From Bugula neritina (taxonomy: Eukaryota > Animalia > Bryozoa), in the NCBI GenBank assembly GCA_964035545.1, contig OZ037768.1, positions 7,534,741 through 7,598,740 on the forward strand: a DNA stretch of 64,000 nucleotides. Reading direction: 5' to 3'. Position numbers and translations under genes: made by a program. The notes below the pieces were generated by a model. That model saw only the letters and a list, made by a program, of their open reading frames with translations. It did no database searches and was not told the origin of the DNA. Numbering within the stretch: the stretch's first letter is position 1; every line of letters starts with the position of its first letter. Below are positions 51,501 through 64,000 of the stretch, piece after piece.

Positions 51501-54500
51501 TATATGAACATACACTTACCATATTATCTGCTTGTTTAACTACTGTTGGTCTACTATAAATTCCGTCATATATCCGTACAGTATGGTGTCAACGCTAGAC
51601 TAGTAAAGTTGTAAAGCATTTACTCAGCAACTAAAGATGGGGAAAATACTCGTATAAAAACAAGAATATTAGAGAATTCTCACCTTGAACTGAGTTCCTA
51701 CAGTTAGCTTTTTAGAGTTTGAGGGTGCAGAAGTAAAAGGCCGAATTGGTTGCTTCTGAAATTGTTAATTGATTGTGCATTTACATCCATGAAATTGTAA
51801 AAATTGATAATTTCTATATTCACACAAGAGAACCTTCTAAAATGCTACTAATTAATCAGAATAGTCATATTAAAAGTTGCTCAACCAGCCATGTTTCACT
51901 CACTAAACCTAGTGCATGCACAAACTACTATAGAAAGCAATATTCATTAGCTCATTGTATTTGATAAAATCTACGATGTACAGTCCACTAAATTATCAAC
52001 GTTTTAACAACTGTTGGAGGATAAATTAAAGCTTTTCCCAACATTTAATGTTACCAATAAATTTTCATCTTTAATTTTGTAATTAAAATAGAAATATGTT
52101 AGTTACCACCACCACCACTACAACAGCTGATCAACATTATTAATGAATTGGTTACCACAAAGCTCAAAGCATTTCGTTACCCCAATCTCTTTACGTGCAT
52201 AAGAGAAAGGCTCATAATTAATATTCAATGTGATTATATTTATAGTGCTGTGTGCATTTATCCTTAGATTAGTTTACTAAAGTTATAACATGCTAATTTT
52301 TACCTCAAATGGTGATCTAAATAAGTCCTAAAATAAACAATGGTTTAGCAAAAGTACATTAACCAACAAAGTATAAAATGCAACATATTTTACTACGGGC
52401 AAACCTATGAACACACTTGTATTAATACGAGGTGACACTTACTGCAGTGACAGATTTCCTAGTTCTGTTCTGTAGTGCTAAAGTACCGGTCCTCGTTATG
52501 TTACCTACAATACGAGTCCCACATAGAGTAGTAGAAGCACTGCAACACAGTTCAGCAATTCTATGACATCACAATCTACCTAAACATTATATTTAGCTGT
52601 CATGCAATTTCAACATGTAGTTAACTGATATCATAGCAATTTATAACTGATGGTAACAGAAACAGACAGATGCAGATAAAAAAAATAAGAGTTGATCTAA
52701 GAACTTGTTAGTCGCACCACAAATACAGTGAACTTACCTTTGAATATTGTACGTAGAAGTAAGTTGCTACTTTGCTTGAGCATGTTCATTAGAGAAGGAG
52801 GGATAGTGTCTCTATTCTTCTCCAACCAGTTCTTCACGTCATACGTGACGTGCCCAGCATAATGCTGTATTGCAAACCTCGGCGTGCGGGCAGCTCGTTG
52901 TTTTTTGTAACATTCGTGAGACGACAGGTTTTTATTCAGTTTGTCAACGAATGATGCATCAGTACCCTATAAAATTCATTATTATGCATTGCTTAATTTA
53001 TGTTGTGTAATAGTAATTAAAGACTTGCAGTTTAGTGTTTAGTACAAGCTAAATATTAGTATAAATTGAAGCCAATAAAAATGTGCTAATAGTGGAAGTT
53101 TCTATAATTTAATCGCAGTAGTTCCAGGAATCAACATTATCAAATACATTGGACACTGCATAGGAAATATCATCAATCAAGAGACGTTTCCATTGCACAC
53201 GTTTTTGAAAAAAAGTCAATCAAAGTACCATTTTTAAAACTAAATTTTTGAAATAAATTTGTGCGATTATAACTTTCTAGCCGAATATTTCGATCTTTGT
53301 AAATATAATATAGTTGATTATATTAATCAGCAGAAATTATAGCTTGAGGTTTCAACAAATTATTAATTTTATCTACAACAAAAAGTAAGGGTTGTGCAAA
53401 CTAGACCCGCATACTTTCCACTAGGCAGCACCACTTACTTGTGGGAAATGACTCTCCTCATCTAAGAGAGCTAGAATGCCCATCTTCTTGAGGAAGAGAT
53501 CAAGGAGAGGCTGGTTGTCTGAGTAAGATATGTGTGACCATTTTATACCTTCAGATTTGTACTCTTCTTGCTCCAGACTGAAGATGTGCTACACGTGAAA
53601 TCAAAACACTTTATAAGTGTTGTGAAAATTACAAGAAAACTTTCATGAATATATTATAATACACATATATGTTATTCACAGCGTATATCTGTTAGAACTG
53701 AATAACTTGCAACCATAAAGTCTTGATAATTAAAAATAAATTGAGGTTGGGCAGAGCCTCCCCCCCTCTTTACACGATCAAAAATTTAGGCCAAAACTCA
53801 CCTCATTAAAGAAGTATTGCAGATGCTCATTAGCCAAGTTTATACAAGCTTGTTCAAAACTATTGGATGCAAAATTTTCAAAGCCAAAAATGTCTAAAAT
53901 TCCTGCAAAATAAACATCAATAAAAGTTAAATTGAATTAGTGAATATGAATTTACAAACAGAGTAAATCAAGCCCTCCACGTACCTATTTCTAATTGGTC
54001 AAATGATCGCTGATCTGGAGACAGCCTTTGGTTGATTTTATTGACAATCCAGCTAAACAGTCTACCATATATTACTTTGGCCACTGCATCTCTTGCATCT
54101 ATAACATTTCAAAAACAGACTTTAAATTACAAACTTACAGAAACAAGTTTATAAGGCAAAGTAGAAATCATCTTCCCTTGATACTATAGTTACAGACTAA
54201 ACAAGAGGAGGCAAACCTTCGGCCTGAGTTCGGCTAAAATTGATGATGATTTGCTCTCCCCGAGTGCTGTTGGTGAGACGCGTTAGACACTCTTGCAGGT
54301 CAGCGGGCTTCACACCAAACAAGTGAGCGGCAGCGGCCAGGTCATCAACTTGAGACACTCCAACTCGTTCACTGTTTACCTTGTCAGCAAAGTCTATATT
54401 ACCCACAGAGAGTACGCCAGACAACACAGCAAGCAGGTCGTCCTGCTCCTAGAAAGAAACATGGAAATACTGAATATGATGATCATACGAGGTAGGTGCA

Positions 54501-57500
54501 GTAATGGAGAAGTTGAGAAAAGCCTGTGTTCTAGATTAGAAATGGAGCAAAAGAAGTTATGTTCTCGCAAGAATTTCAACCCGTGTCCCAAACCAAAATT
54601 TACCAATAAAATTAAAGAACTTAGGCTATCTCAATTTCTCCACTACTGCTCCTAAAATAATTTTTTTAAAAATATTTTAGTCTCACTTGGCTTTTATCTC
54701 CCAAGCAGCCTTTAAATGATATGAGAGTGTGTTGAATAAACCAACCTAACACAGAGAAAGTTACGAATCAGTAGCGTATAGTGGGTCATTTGGAGAATTG
54801 TATTTTACAGAAAACATTGACAAATCAAATTAGCTTCATTTTCCATAAAAACATAATATACCCAACACCCCAGCATTCCCTTTTTATTACAAAGCAAATT
54901 ATCACAAAAACATGTACAATTTATGTATTTCCCTTTTCCTATAGACAAAACAGACAGCTACCCAAGCAATAAGCAACACTTTGGTGTCCCTATTCCCCAA
55001 CAACTTTTCCTTGTGTATTCAATAACTAGTGATTATAGGAACAATAGTTTACATGAGGAGACAATGAATGATTTGTCTGAAAGCAGTCAATATTACTCAT
55101 TGAATACAAACAGTCAGTAAAAACGAACTTGCTTATTGTAATAACAGGCCCATTGTGGAAGTAGTAAATATTCATGCAAATTGAAGCTATGACATAACAG
55201 TATAGCAAAATGCAGCTAGCTCTGTATGCTGAGACAAATGATAGAAATACCTCTTCAGAAAAGCCAACCAAGTCCATAGCATTCTGTAGCTGCTCAAATC
55301 TGTTTTGGTAGAAAGTGGCATCAGCTGTCTGATCACATGACTTGGTGTATCTGCAGGGGGGGATAAAACTAAACATAAGTGGGTATTGCATTATTTCAGG
55401 ATAAAGACGCAATGTTCTGCTGCAGACATAAGATATCAGGTGACAACTAAATGGTGGAATTGTGAACGTAACACACACAAAATATTTACTAATCTTTACC
55501 CTAATAATTTTGAAAACATCAAATTACTAAATTATACACAATTACAGTTATAAGCATAATAAAACCTCAAATATGATAGCATTTTTCGCTCAATTTAAGC
55601 ATAATTCCGATCTGAAGTGAAATCTTACTTTCCTTAATAATCAACATATAGCATTTTACAAAAATACATAGAATAGAGGGGCATCTGTCTTTCAACCTAC
55701 TAAATCATCACCAACAGAGAAGTGAGGTCTTCCACTCACATAAATTTGTACTACTGACATGGCCTTGCTTAAATTATATGGTTATACAAGGACTCGGAAA
55801 ATTTGCAATGAGATATGAAAACTAGGGATAAATTATTCACTGAAAAAGGAGGCTGTTATGACAATTGTTATCAATATTATTTGTGTAGAAAAAAATGACT
55901 TTACAGCACATCACTTATGATCGAATTAGACACTAAATAAAACTGTAAATGTTTTAAAGCTGTGGGTACACAACTTCTGATATACCATAACATAATGTGC
56001 CAATATTATTTGACACATAATGGTGATAGCAAATCTCCTTTCAATTGAACATATAAATAATGCTAACCTATAATTTTCATGGCTGCCAAGTTTGAATGTC
56101 TTGCGCTGTTCCTCACTGCATCCGGCAAACATGTAGTTGAATATATGAAAGTTGGCATCTCCTGCGTTTTGATGGACAACTCTGGATTTCTCCAAGAGAT
56201 ACTCACTTATTTTGGCTCCCACCACTATCAGTAGATAATACACACATTATAGTGTGTAAAACATTTCAAATTTCTATGGGACTAAACATGACACATTATA
56301 GTTTAGTAGTACGTATGAGTTAGTAGTGTGTGTGAGTCACTGTTAGTAGTATGTATGAGTTAGTAGTATGTGTGAGTTAGTAGTATGTGTGAGTTAGTAG
56401 CATGTGTGAGTTAGTAGTATGTATGAGTTAGTAGTATGTGTGAGTTAGTAGTATGTATGAGTTAGTAGTGTGTATGAGTTAGTAGCATGTATGAGTTAGT
56501 AGTACGTATGAGTTAGTAGTATGTGTGAGTTAGTAGTATGTGTGAGTTAGTAGTATGTGTGAGTTAGTAGTATGTATGAGTTAGTACGTAGTATGTGTGA
56601 GTTAGTAGTATGTATGAGTTAGTAGTGTGTATGAGTTAGTAGCATGTATGAGTTAGTAGTACGTATGAGTTAGTAGTATGTGTGAGTTAGTAGTATGTGT
56701 GAGTTAGTAGTATGTGTGAGTTAGTAGTATTGTGAGTTAGTAGTATGCGTGAGTTAGTAGTATCTGTGAGTTAGTAGTATGTATGAGTTAGTAGTATGTC
56801 CTAGTAGTTTTGCTGAGGTGGAAGGGATGACATGCATGACTCATACAATAAGAATAGGCAAAAATGTTGATTTGCCACTTGAAGCTTGCCAACGCCACAC
56901 CCATTGAATAAATTGTACCATTACAGTATTGGTATTAATAAACTTCCTTTTTTGGAACAATTAAAATTGCAATGCCAAACACAATAAACATGTATTATAG
57001 TAGACCAGGACTGCGAGCACACACAGAGTAGGCTGTACCTAATCTACTCTCTACTGTGCCCTTGATACTAACTACTGACAAATGAAACTCAACCCATGTA
57101 CCATGTTTATACATTGTTTAAAATAATGACATAACTGTCACATGTGTTTAGCTTGTAGCAACACTCAGTTTATAACAGATAGCCTGAGAACCTACTTCTT
57201 GTATATTACATAGTATTAAGCTGTGGTATAGTCAGTAATAACTGCTTGATTTAATTAGTAAATTATTTAGTAAATTTTGTGATTTGGTGAAAAAAGTTGA
57301 AAAATCAGAAATAGAAATCTGGCACTAAAACTGTCTATTTAACAGAATGTGCATAAAATGAGACTCAAAGCATGCAGTTCGTGGTGTGGAGAACTTAGAG
57401 CTGGTTTGTTTATAACCTAGGCCTATATCCCTCCCTGTAGGACCTGATGTTAATTGTTTTGGGGGGGGGGGGGGGAGGGGCTCAAACCATGCTGGCAACA

Positions 57501-60453
57501 TAACCTAAGGGTTTCAAAGTAGCACAGGAGCAGTTTTGGCAGATACCCATTCAAATATGTATTTTATAGGATTCAGAGCAACCTGCCTAACACAGTCTAT
57601 GCTAGTGTCATTGAGTGTCATGCTAGACAAGTGCCTCCATCCACCAGACTGTAGCAGCTTATAATAAAAAAATGGGTCACTAAAACAAAGGTTTTCTATC
57701 CAAAAACAGTCCAGAAAATTCTAAAAGATGTGGTGACATTGTAACACACAGTTCTTGCATAAGTGTCCACAAGTAGAACAAAGAACCCAATAATGGTGTT
57801 TAGTAATGATTATTTAAATGGGTTATTGACTGCTATAATATAGAATCCTGAAGAGAAATTTCAATATGATGAGATCATCTCTACGAAAATATAAAACAAA
57901 GAGCCCAGTCCCTAGCCTAAGCTCTCATCCTTACAAAGTCTCATATACGGCCTTACTAGAAAATTTTGGAAGATGGAAATACACCAGCAGCTTCAAGTTG
58001 ACTAAACTCTAAAGTATCAGTCTGAAAATGCTAATTCTAGTTGAACGTAGGTAAAGAGTAAGTAGCTAGTCCAAGTAGGTAAAGATAGAAGCTGCGGAAA
58101 TAACTATGTATACTGTGTAGTATATCCTATCCCATTAATAGGCAAAAGAATGAGACTGCCATCTAATATATAATACGACATGCTAGTGACATGTAGTGAC
58201 ACATATGGATGTTTGTTCTGTAGGATATAAACACTAGTATTATTATTAGTAATAGTGTGAACACAACTAATTACCTTTGCCTGAGTGAAATAACAACTGT
58301 ATATATTTGCCAAATCTACTAGAATTCTCATTGATGACTGTTTTAGCATTGCCAAAAGCTTCTAGCAGGGGGTTCACCTGTAATTAATATGACACAGGTC
58401 AACAAAAAGCACAACACAGAAAAAAGCTCTATCTACACTACTAGTTTCTTATGCTACAACCTACCAATAAAATCTGCCACAGTTTACGTTTTTTTTGCAG
58501 AATTCGCCACAGGTTACAGTTACATGTAAAAGCTGCTATAGTTTACAGGTATTTGTAGGATTTGCTGCAGTTTATAGTTACTTGTAGGAGTTGCTGCAGT
58601 TTACAGTTACTTACAGAATTTGCAGCAGTTTCTCACCTGTAGAATCTGCTGCTCTAGCTGAGTATTGCCATTACACAATTCGATAATTTGTTTCACTACA
58701 AGTTTAGTGCTCTCCGTCTTTCCAGCGCCACTTTCCCCACTACAAGATACCAGATGTCTAGTTATGAAGAGTCAAGTACAAGAACTGCTGATAGACTAGA
58801 AAACTTCTATTAAATAGTGAAGGTATGGGATGATGTCTATTGGGTCCCAAACTGAAACTCTAAATCCATAAATAGAAACTTGAGCTAAGGGAAAAACAGC
58901 CTATATGAGTATAAAGTATGCAATAAATTATCACAAACATAAGACTGTTTTTTAATCATGAAATAAAAACTAAAATTACATAAAGTGATAGCAGCCAAAC
59001 TAGCATATCTATATGACAGTGCTAAAAGTATGTTATTACATCACACTCTAAGTGATTTAATGGAAGCCATATGCAACATCATCTAGATAATAGCATGTTT
59101 ATACACCCACATCAGCTTTTACAGCTGGTCAGGAATTTAGAACTTGTAGCAAGTAGTATGCTGCCGACCTTATGACTATACACTGACTGTGAGGGTCAGC
59201 ATCATACTCTACTCCCAGCATGCATTTGTAAACATGAGACGCAGTAGCATAGATATGTGGAGGCTGTTCGGATAGTTTAGCATTCTTGTATGCTAGTGCT
59301 GTCTGTAAAATACAATATGTATATTAAAAACTTGTAAAAAAAACTCACGTAAGTTTATAGTCACCATCCCTGTGAGAAACCCCTGATGGAAGTGTTTTTG
59401 TTAAAGCGGGCTAAGAACTTATTCAGATGAGGCACAGGAGCCATTATGACTGAATGCTCTTCCTAACATCACCAATGGCCTTTGTCCGGGCTCAAACCCA
59501 TGACTTCGCGCTTAATAGGCAAACCCCTAAACCATGGTTGCTCCCTAAAAGCTTGTAACAATTGCAATATTTCCTGGTCAGCTCACCTGAACTACTGTGA
59601 CTAAGCATTAATTAAAACACTACACCTGTAATCAAAGTACTGTTATTTATCTCCATTGCATTACAAAGCAAACAAGATAAAGCAGGCACGAGCACACATA
59701 CTCCAGGAAAAACTAAGTGCTGTTAAGGAAATTGGAAAGTTACAGTAAGAAATAGGAGCTGAGGTGTATAAATACTGTGCAGGTAAATCCTCGACAAAAC
59801 AAAAAAAAACTCGATAGTAGAAAACACACCAATTGTTAACAGCTTGTAACACATATATTGTGAAATAATAGAGGACAAACCTTTTTTCCATAAATATGAA
59901 GGTCTTTCAAAGGGTTCACTGCTATCAATATATCCCCGACATAGGTCTAGGAGATAAAAGGATATCGGAGTTAAGCTAATGTATTTATAGACATAAAAAT
60001 AGTAAAGTCAGCAGCAGTTAGGCTGCTGTTTATTGATTAAGTAAAACTATAAGTTTCCTCTTTCTTTAATTTTCAAAAAGCATCAATGGGACTATTTATA
60101 AGAACATGAATAACTGACAAATTCTTTTTTTACAAGAATATAAATACTTAGATTTTACAGTTTGCATAAAAACATCAGTGCATCTGTAAATTCTATACCA
60201 GAGTATCAGTGTTGAATTAAAACCATCATTTTTAACTTAAGCAAAAGCTCACTTTTGTGTACGCTGAATGTAAAAATCTGCCATAATTAGACATATATAA
60301 ACACAAAGACATTCTTACATAGATTTCATCGTTCAGATATCTAGCTTTCAACTCAATGAGTATTCTATTTTCATCTAGCTTGGAGAGTTCAGCAAGATTA
60401 TCTGTAGCTCCAACATCTCTCCAGCAATATGAGAGCCGGGGATTGTGGGCCAT
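45596..60453 (-). CDS. Unconventional myosin: motor, one IQ, Pro-rich linker and SH2 domain (class XXVIII-like)
   Basis: About 26 exons. [11 protein letters not shown]...[12 protein letters not shown]-loop GESGAGKTE (~58713-58739), [12 protein letters not shown]...NSSRFGKY (58274-58377), [65 protein letters not shown] motif [14 protein letters not shown]2 [14 protein letters not shown]...GSFMIRLSE...CRHYMV...[10 protein letters not shown]. No N-terminal kinase is seen, which argues against myosin III. The exact last exon is uncertain (a tiny terminal exon near 45119 is possible). Confidence 0.88.
49206..49329. repeat. 18-bp minisatellite (ATGAGTGTGTCACATCAC, ~7 copies), intronic
   Basis: Direct tandem repeat lying just inside the intron that starts at the donor at 49345. 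Confidence 0.93.
56304..56799. repeat. 17-bp minisatellite (GAGTTAGTAGTATGTRT, ~29 copies), intronic
   Basis: Head-to-tail tandem array with variant units and no spacers. Confidence 0.97.
58496..58631. repeat. Degenerate ~31-bp tandem repeat (GCAGTTTACAGTTACTTGTAGGANTTGCT-like, ~4 copies)
   Basis: Recurrent CAGTTTAYAGTTAC...GTAG(G/A)A motif within a myosin intron. Confidence 0.75.
59341..59545 (-). mobile_element. tRNA-derived SINE in a myosin intron
   Basis: Closely similar to 14434-14640, including the AAACTCACG.AAGTTTATAGTC end. Confidence 0.8.
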
Positions 60454-62934
60454 ATTACTACAACTATAGTAACTGATTTTACAATTAATTCCAAAATAAA
60501 TTTATAATCAAAACTCTTACACAGCATTCAAAAAATCATAAATGAAAATATATGTTTAATTCAGTTATATACATCTGCCTAACAAGTAAAACATTTTGAA
60601 CAAAATAAATTTATTATCAAAATTTCAAACGTCAAAAAAGTATAAGTTGTTTTATATGTTTAGATTAAAGTAAAAAGGAAGCAAGTGGGAATACATATAT
60701 CAACTTAGAGCTGAGTAAGTAAAATGAATTTTGTGGTAAAAATTTGCAATTGTAACGAGTACTTGCAACTCTACACATATGAGAAACTGAAATAATCTAT
60801 GACTAGTAAAACAGGGTAACTTTTATAAACTTTATTGCAACTAGCTACTGTGAACAACTGTGTTTAAAGTTCAAATGTATGAGTATACCTAAATATTGGC
60901 AGTATGTTTAGACGTTAGATCAACATATGAAAACAATGCCAACATCATTAGCTAGAAAAACTCTTTTCTATATGCACCAGTAGATGAGATAATAAAGTAG
61001 AATTTTAATGTAAAGAATTCAAGGCATTCAAAGTGCTTCAACCATAAAGTAAAAGAAAACCACATTTATTTTTATAACAACTGTTGGGACATTACATATG
61101 AGCTTGAAAAGCGTTTCCTAATTAATTGTAGCTTTACTTGTATTATCATAGCTATGTTAGCTACATTATGTTTTTTCTACAATGATTCTGACTACTACAA
61201 AATAGCTAACTTTTTAGACTGTTCTATAAACCCAACATTTTCTATTATTCACTTCACTTATAACTTAACTCAAGACTTAACATTTATAACTATCTCCTTG
61301 CTCCTTTCTTTCAGTCTGCGACAATAAACACACATATACATATATATTAAAACACAACAACTAAATGTACCTAATGCTTTATATCGTGTTGGTTTATTGT
61401 AAAAGCCCGGTGAAATTCTATGCGGTTACTCATTAAGAGGTATCTTGTATTGTAAAATGATTTTCATTTACTAGTTGCAATACGGTTGCTACTATAATAG
61501 TTTTCTGATTTTAGATTATTGCAAAAAATGTTTTCAATACAGGTTACTGTTAATTTCTAAGTAGGAATGAGCACTCTTCATGCAGTAACAAACTATACAG
61601 CTTTATCATCCTAATATATAAATATGCTTTAAAAATGTTTGCATTTTAGTTCTGATAACTACATTTTAAAGCAAGAGTTACGTTGATTTTAAACATTTTT
61701 TTCAATTTTGTTGCAATATGCTGCATTGGTGGCAATTCGTCTGTGATTCCAAAAGGTTAGAAAAGGTCACTGTTGCTACTTACTGTTATAGGTTACATCA
61801 ATATGCTTATACTGAATCATAAAACCAAAATAAGATTCTGATTATTACAAACCAAAATTAAAACTGGAGCCAATTTCAAATCAATCTAATCAAAAACAGC
61901 TTTCGAATAAATAGCAACAGCATGTGTAATACTCATTGCAGTATTTAGTATCCAACAGGCATTTTTAGTTTGAGGTAACTGTGAAATGGCAATATTAATA
62001 TTAAAAAGGTTTTCAATTGGAAATTGGTATTAGAGACCATATTAATCATTAACGTACACATGGGTAGTCCTAAATTACTAATTTTGTTTCTTCTCATGAG
62101 ACTGATTTATCAGATTAAAAGTCAGCAAGTAATGGTCATTACAAATGCCTATTAAATTTCATTAAATTGGAAAATTGAACGAAAACATTAATATGATTGC
62201 ATTCCTCAATCATGAGAAATATATGAGTATGAACTATAAACTAAATATATATCAGATAGGAAAAAATAATTAGGTTTCAATAAAAAAACACATTGGTTCT
62301 AAATCAATGAAGTAACTTATTTTAAAAAAAACTTAATTCTCACTTATTTTTAGTAGTGAAAATTGGAAATCTTCTTAGTCCAAACTAAACAATAAACTCA
62401 TTACAATATAAACATATTTTAGGCAACTTATGATCTTAGCATCAAAAAATACTAAAAGTTTAACATGTGAGCTTTTAATAATAATGCAAACTTATCTGCC
62501 AGCCTAGTAAAGTACTTTTGTCATGCTAGGCAATTGCCTCTAATCAATGAATGCCTTTGAAATACTGTATCAATGATCAACCAGAAATCAAATGAAAATT
62601 AGGTCTTGAGATTTAATAAAATAAAACATCTATACGAATGAAATTAACTAAAACTACATCAATTAAAAAGTAGACATATGAACTTTAAATTATAAGGGTA
62701 AAATTTTTGAGACAAGGTCATTGCAAACTATATTTTGAGAATATAACTAATGTTTAATCATCCTTTTGCACAACTATTATTTATAAAATTGAGAGCAGAA
62801 TTTTCAAAATAAAATGATAAGAAATTTCAATAAGCAATTTCAATATAAATAATAATATAATTTTATAAATATTAAATTAGATCTGATATTGATTTTCATT
62901 AATTTAAATTTACATTATACTATTACTTGGTTGG

Positions 62935-63530
62935 CTTTTGTGTGTTAAAAGCAAATAGATATTTAGGAATGACCAAGAGATCTTTTTACACCAGAAATCT
63001 AAAATACTTGATAAAACTTTACAAATGACTTTTAAAACCGCATTTGGAATATGCTGTACCTGCTTGATCATCAAGATTTTTGAACGGCACTAGACTTATA
63101 AAAGGAGTTCAGAGAAGTTTCACTAAAATGCTGAGTGAAGGTAAAGAGCTGGATAATGCTGAATGTAGAACAACTAAAATGTATCATCTTGACACACTGG
63201 AGGTCAACAGAATTAGATGCCATCTTCTACAGGCTTTTAAAGTCATCGAAGGATTTACTTTTGTACTTTCAAGGTACACACTAGAGTGCATAAGTTAATG
63301 CTTAGCAAGCAATATCAATATGCAAGAACTATTATGGGGAAGCAATTTTTCCCTTGAGTGGTTGACTGTTGGAATGCTTTACCATAACCTGTAGTAGAAC
63401 AAGATGCTAAATCTATTCTTTCATTTAAATCTAACAATTAAATTTAAACATACAGTTACACTTACATGGAGTGTTACAGAAGTTGAATATGTAACTGGCT
63501 TTCTCTCCGGGTCCCTTAGCCCACTCATCA
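62935..63530 (+). mobile_element. Decayed 3' fragment of a CR1/L2-group LINE
   Basis: PHLEYAVPA*S...IKGVQRSFTKML...LDTLEVNRIRCHLLQAFKVIEG matches the post-RT C-terminal motif of CR1-group ORF2 (PHLEYA..W...LE.VQRRFTK...LE.RR.RGDLI..FKI), with stops and frameshifts. Confidence 0.8.
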
Positions 63531-63599
63531 AAATAGTCTAGAAAGAGTGGGTTTTAGTATAAATTCAGTATAACAGATTACTAACCCAGTCTCACTAAC

Positions 63600-64000
63600 C
63601 TAAGCATTCAATTTCGTAAACAGATTGAGAATATTCAATTTCAATTTTAATATCAATATGATTATGAATATCAAATTGAATTTGATATTCATATTGAATT
63701 TGATATTCATATTAATCTTGGATATTGAATTTTTATTTACCTCGTCATTATGATTATCACTTTTAACTTTAAGTTTATGGTTATCATCATGATTTTGATT
63801 AATATTATCACTATGATAATCAAAGCTTGTGATATTAATAATAATATTTATTTGATATTCCTTTTCACTATCAATAATCAATATGAATATGAATACCATA
63901 TATTTATAATTTTATAATTATATTCATATTGATATTGTAATTGTTACACTTAAATTAAAATTTTAATGTTTAACTTTATACTATACTAATAGTAAGTAAT
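63600..64000. repeat. AT-rich low-complexity tract with 6-bp periodicity (ATATTC/ATATTG/AATTTG)
   Basis: Read directly from the sequence; explains the Ile/Asn-rich ORF 63600-63899. Confidence 0.75.

Noticed and set aside
56304-56799. CRISPR-like array
   Set aside because: Contiguous 17-bp units without unique spacers, inside a eukaryotic intron; no cas genes.
63600-63899. 99-aa Ile/Asn-rich ORF
   Set aside because: Product of a low-complexity periodic AT-rich tract.

Overview
AT-rich, intron-rich animal (invertebrate) genomic DNA, not prokaryotic. Conserved genes: 3' end of WDR13 (+), two head-to-head peroxisomal sarcosine/pipecolate oxidase (PIPOX) paralogues both ending in SKL, a sigma-class GST (-) and an SH2-tailed unconventional myosin (class XXVIII-like, -). 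Repeats: tRNA-derived SINEs, RTE and CR1/L2 LINE fragments, mini- and microsatellites, and a disrupted HDV-like ribozyme. The main signal is two large orphan genes, A (2711-11658, 23 exons, ~854 aa) and B (35609-43148, ~729 aa). Their proteins are built from independently amplified symmetric exons and barely align by eye. They nevertheless share an ordered set of promoter boxes, a basic C-terminal LKxI[KR]LK[KR] motif and a ~360-nt, ~90%-identical 3'-UTR element that folds into a long G-U-rich rod and is enclosed by further gene-specific stems. A third, dead copy (32.0-32.9 kb, -) is a mosaic of A and B and lacks the element core. This looks like an undescribed gene family with fixed regulatory ends and a variable coding middle. 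All gene models, alignments and folds were made by eye; no database search or folding program was run.
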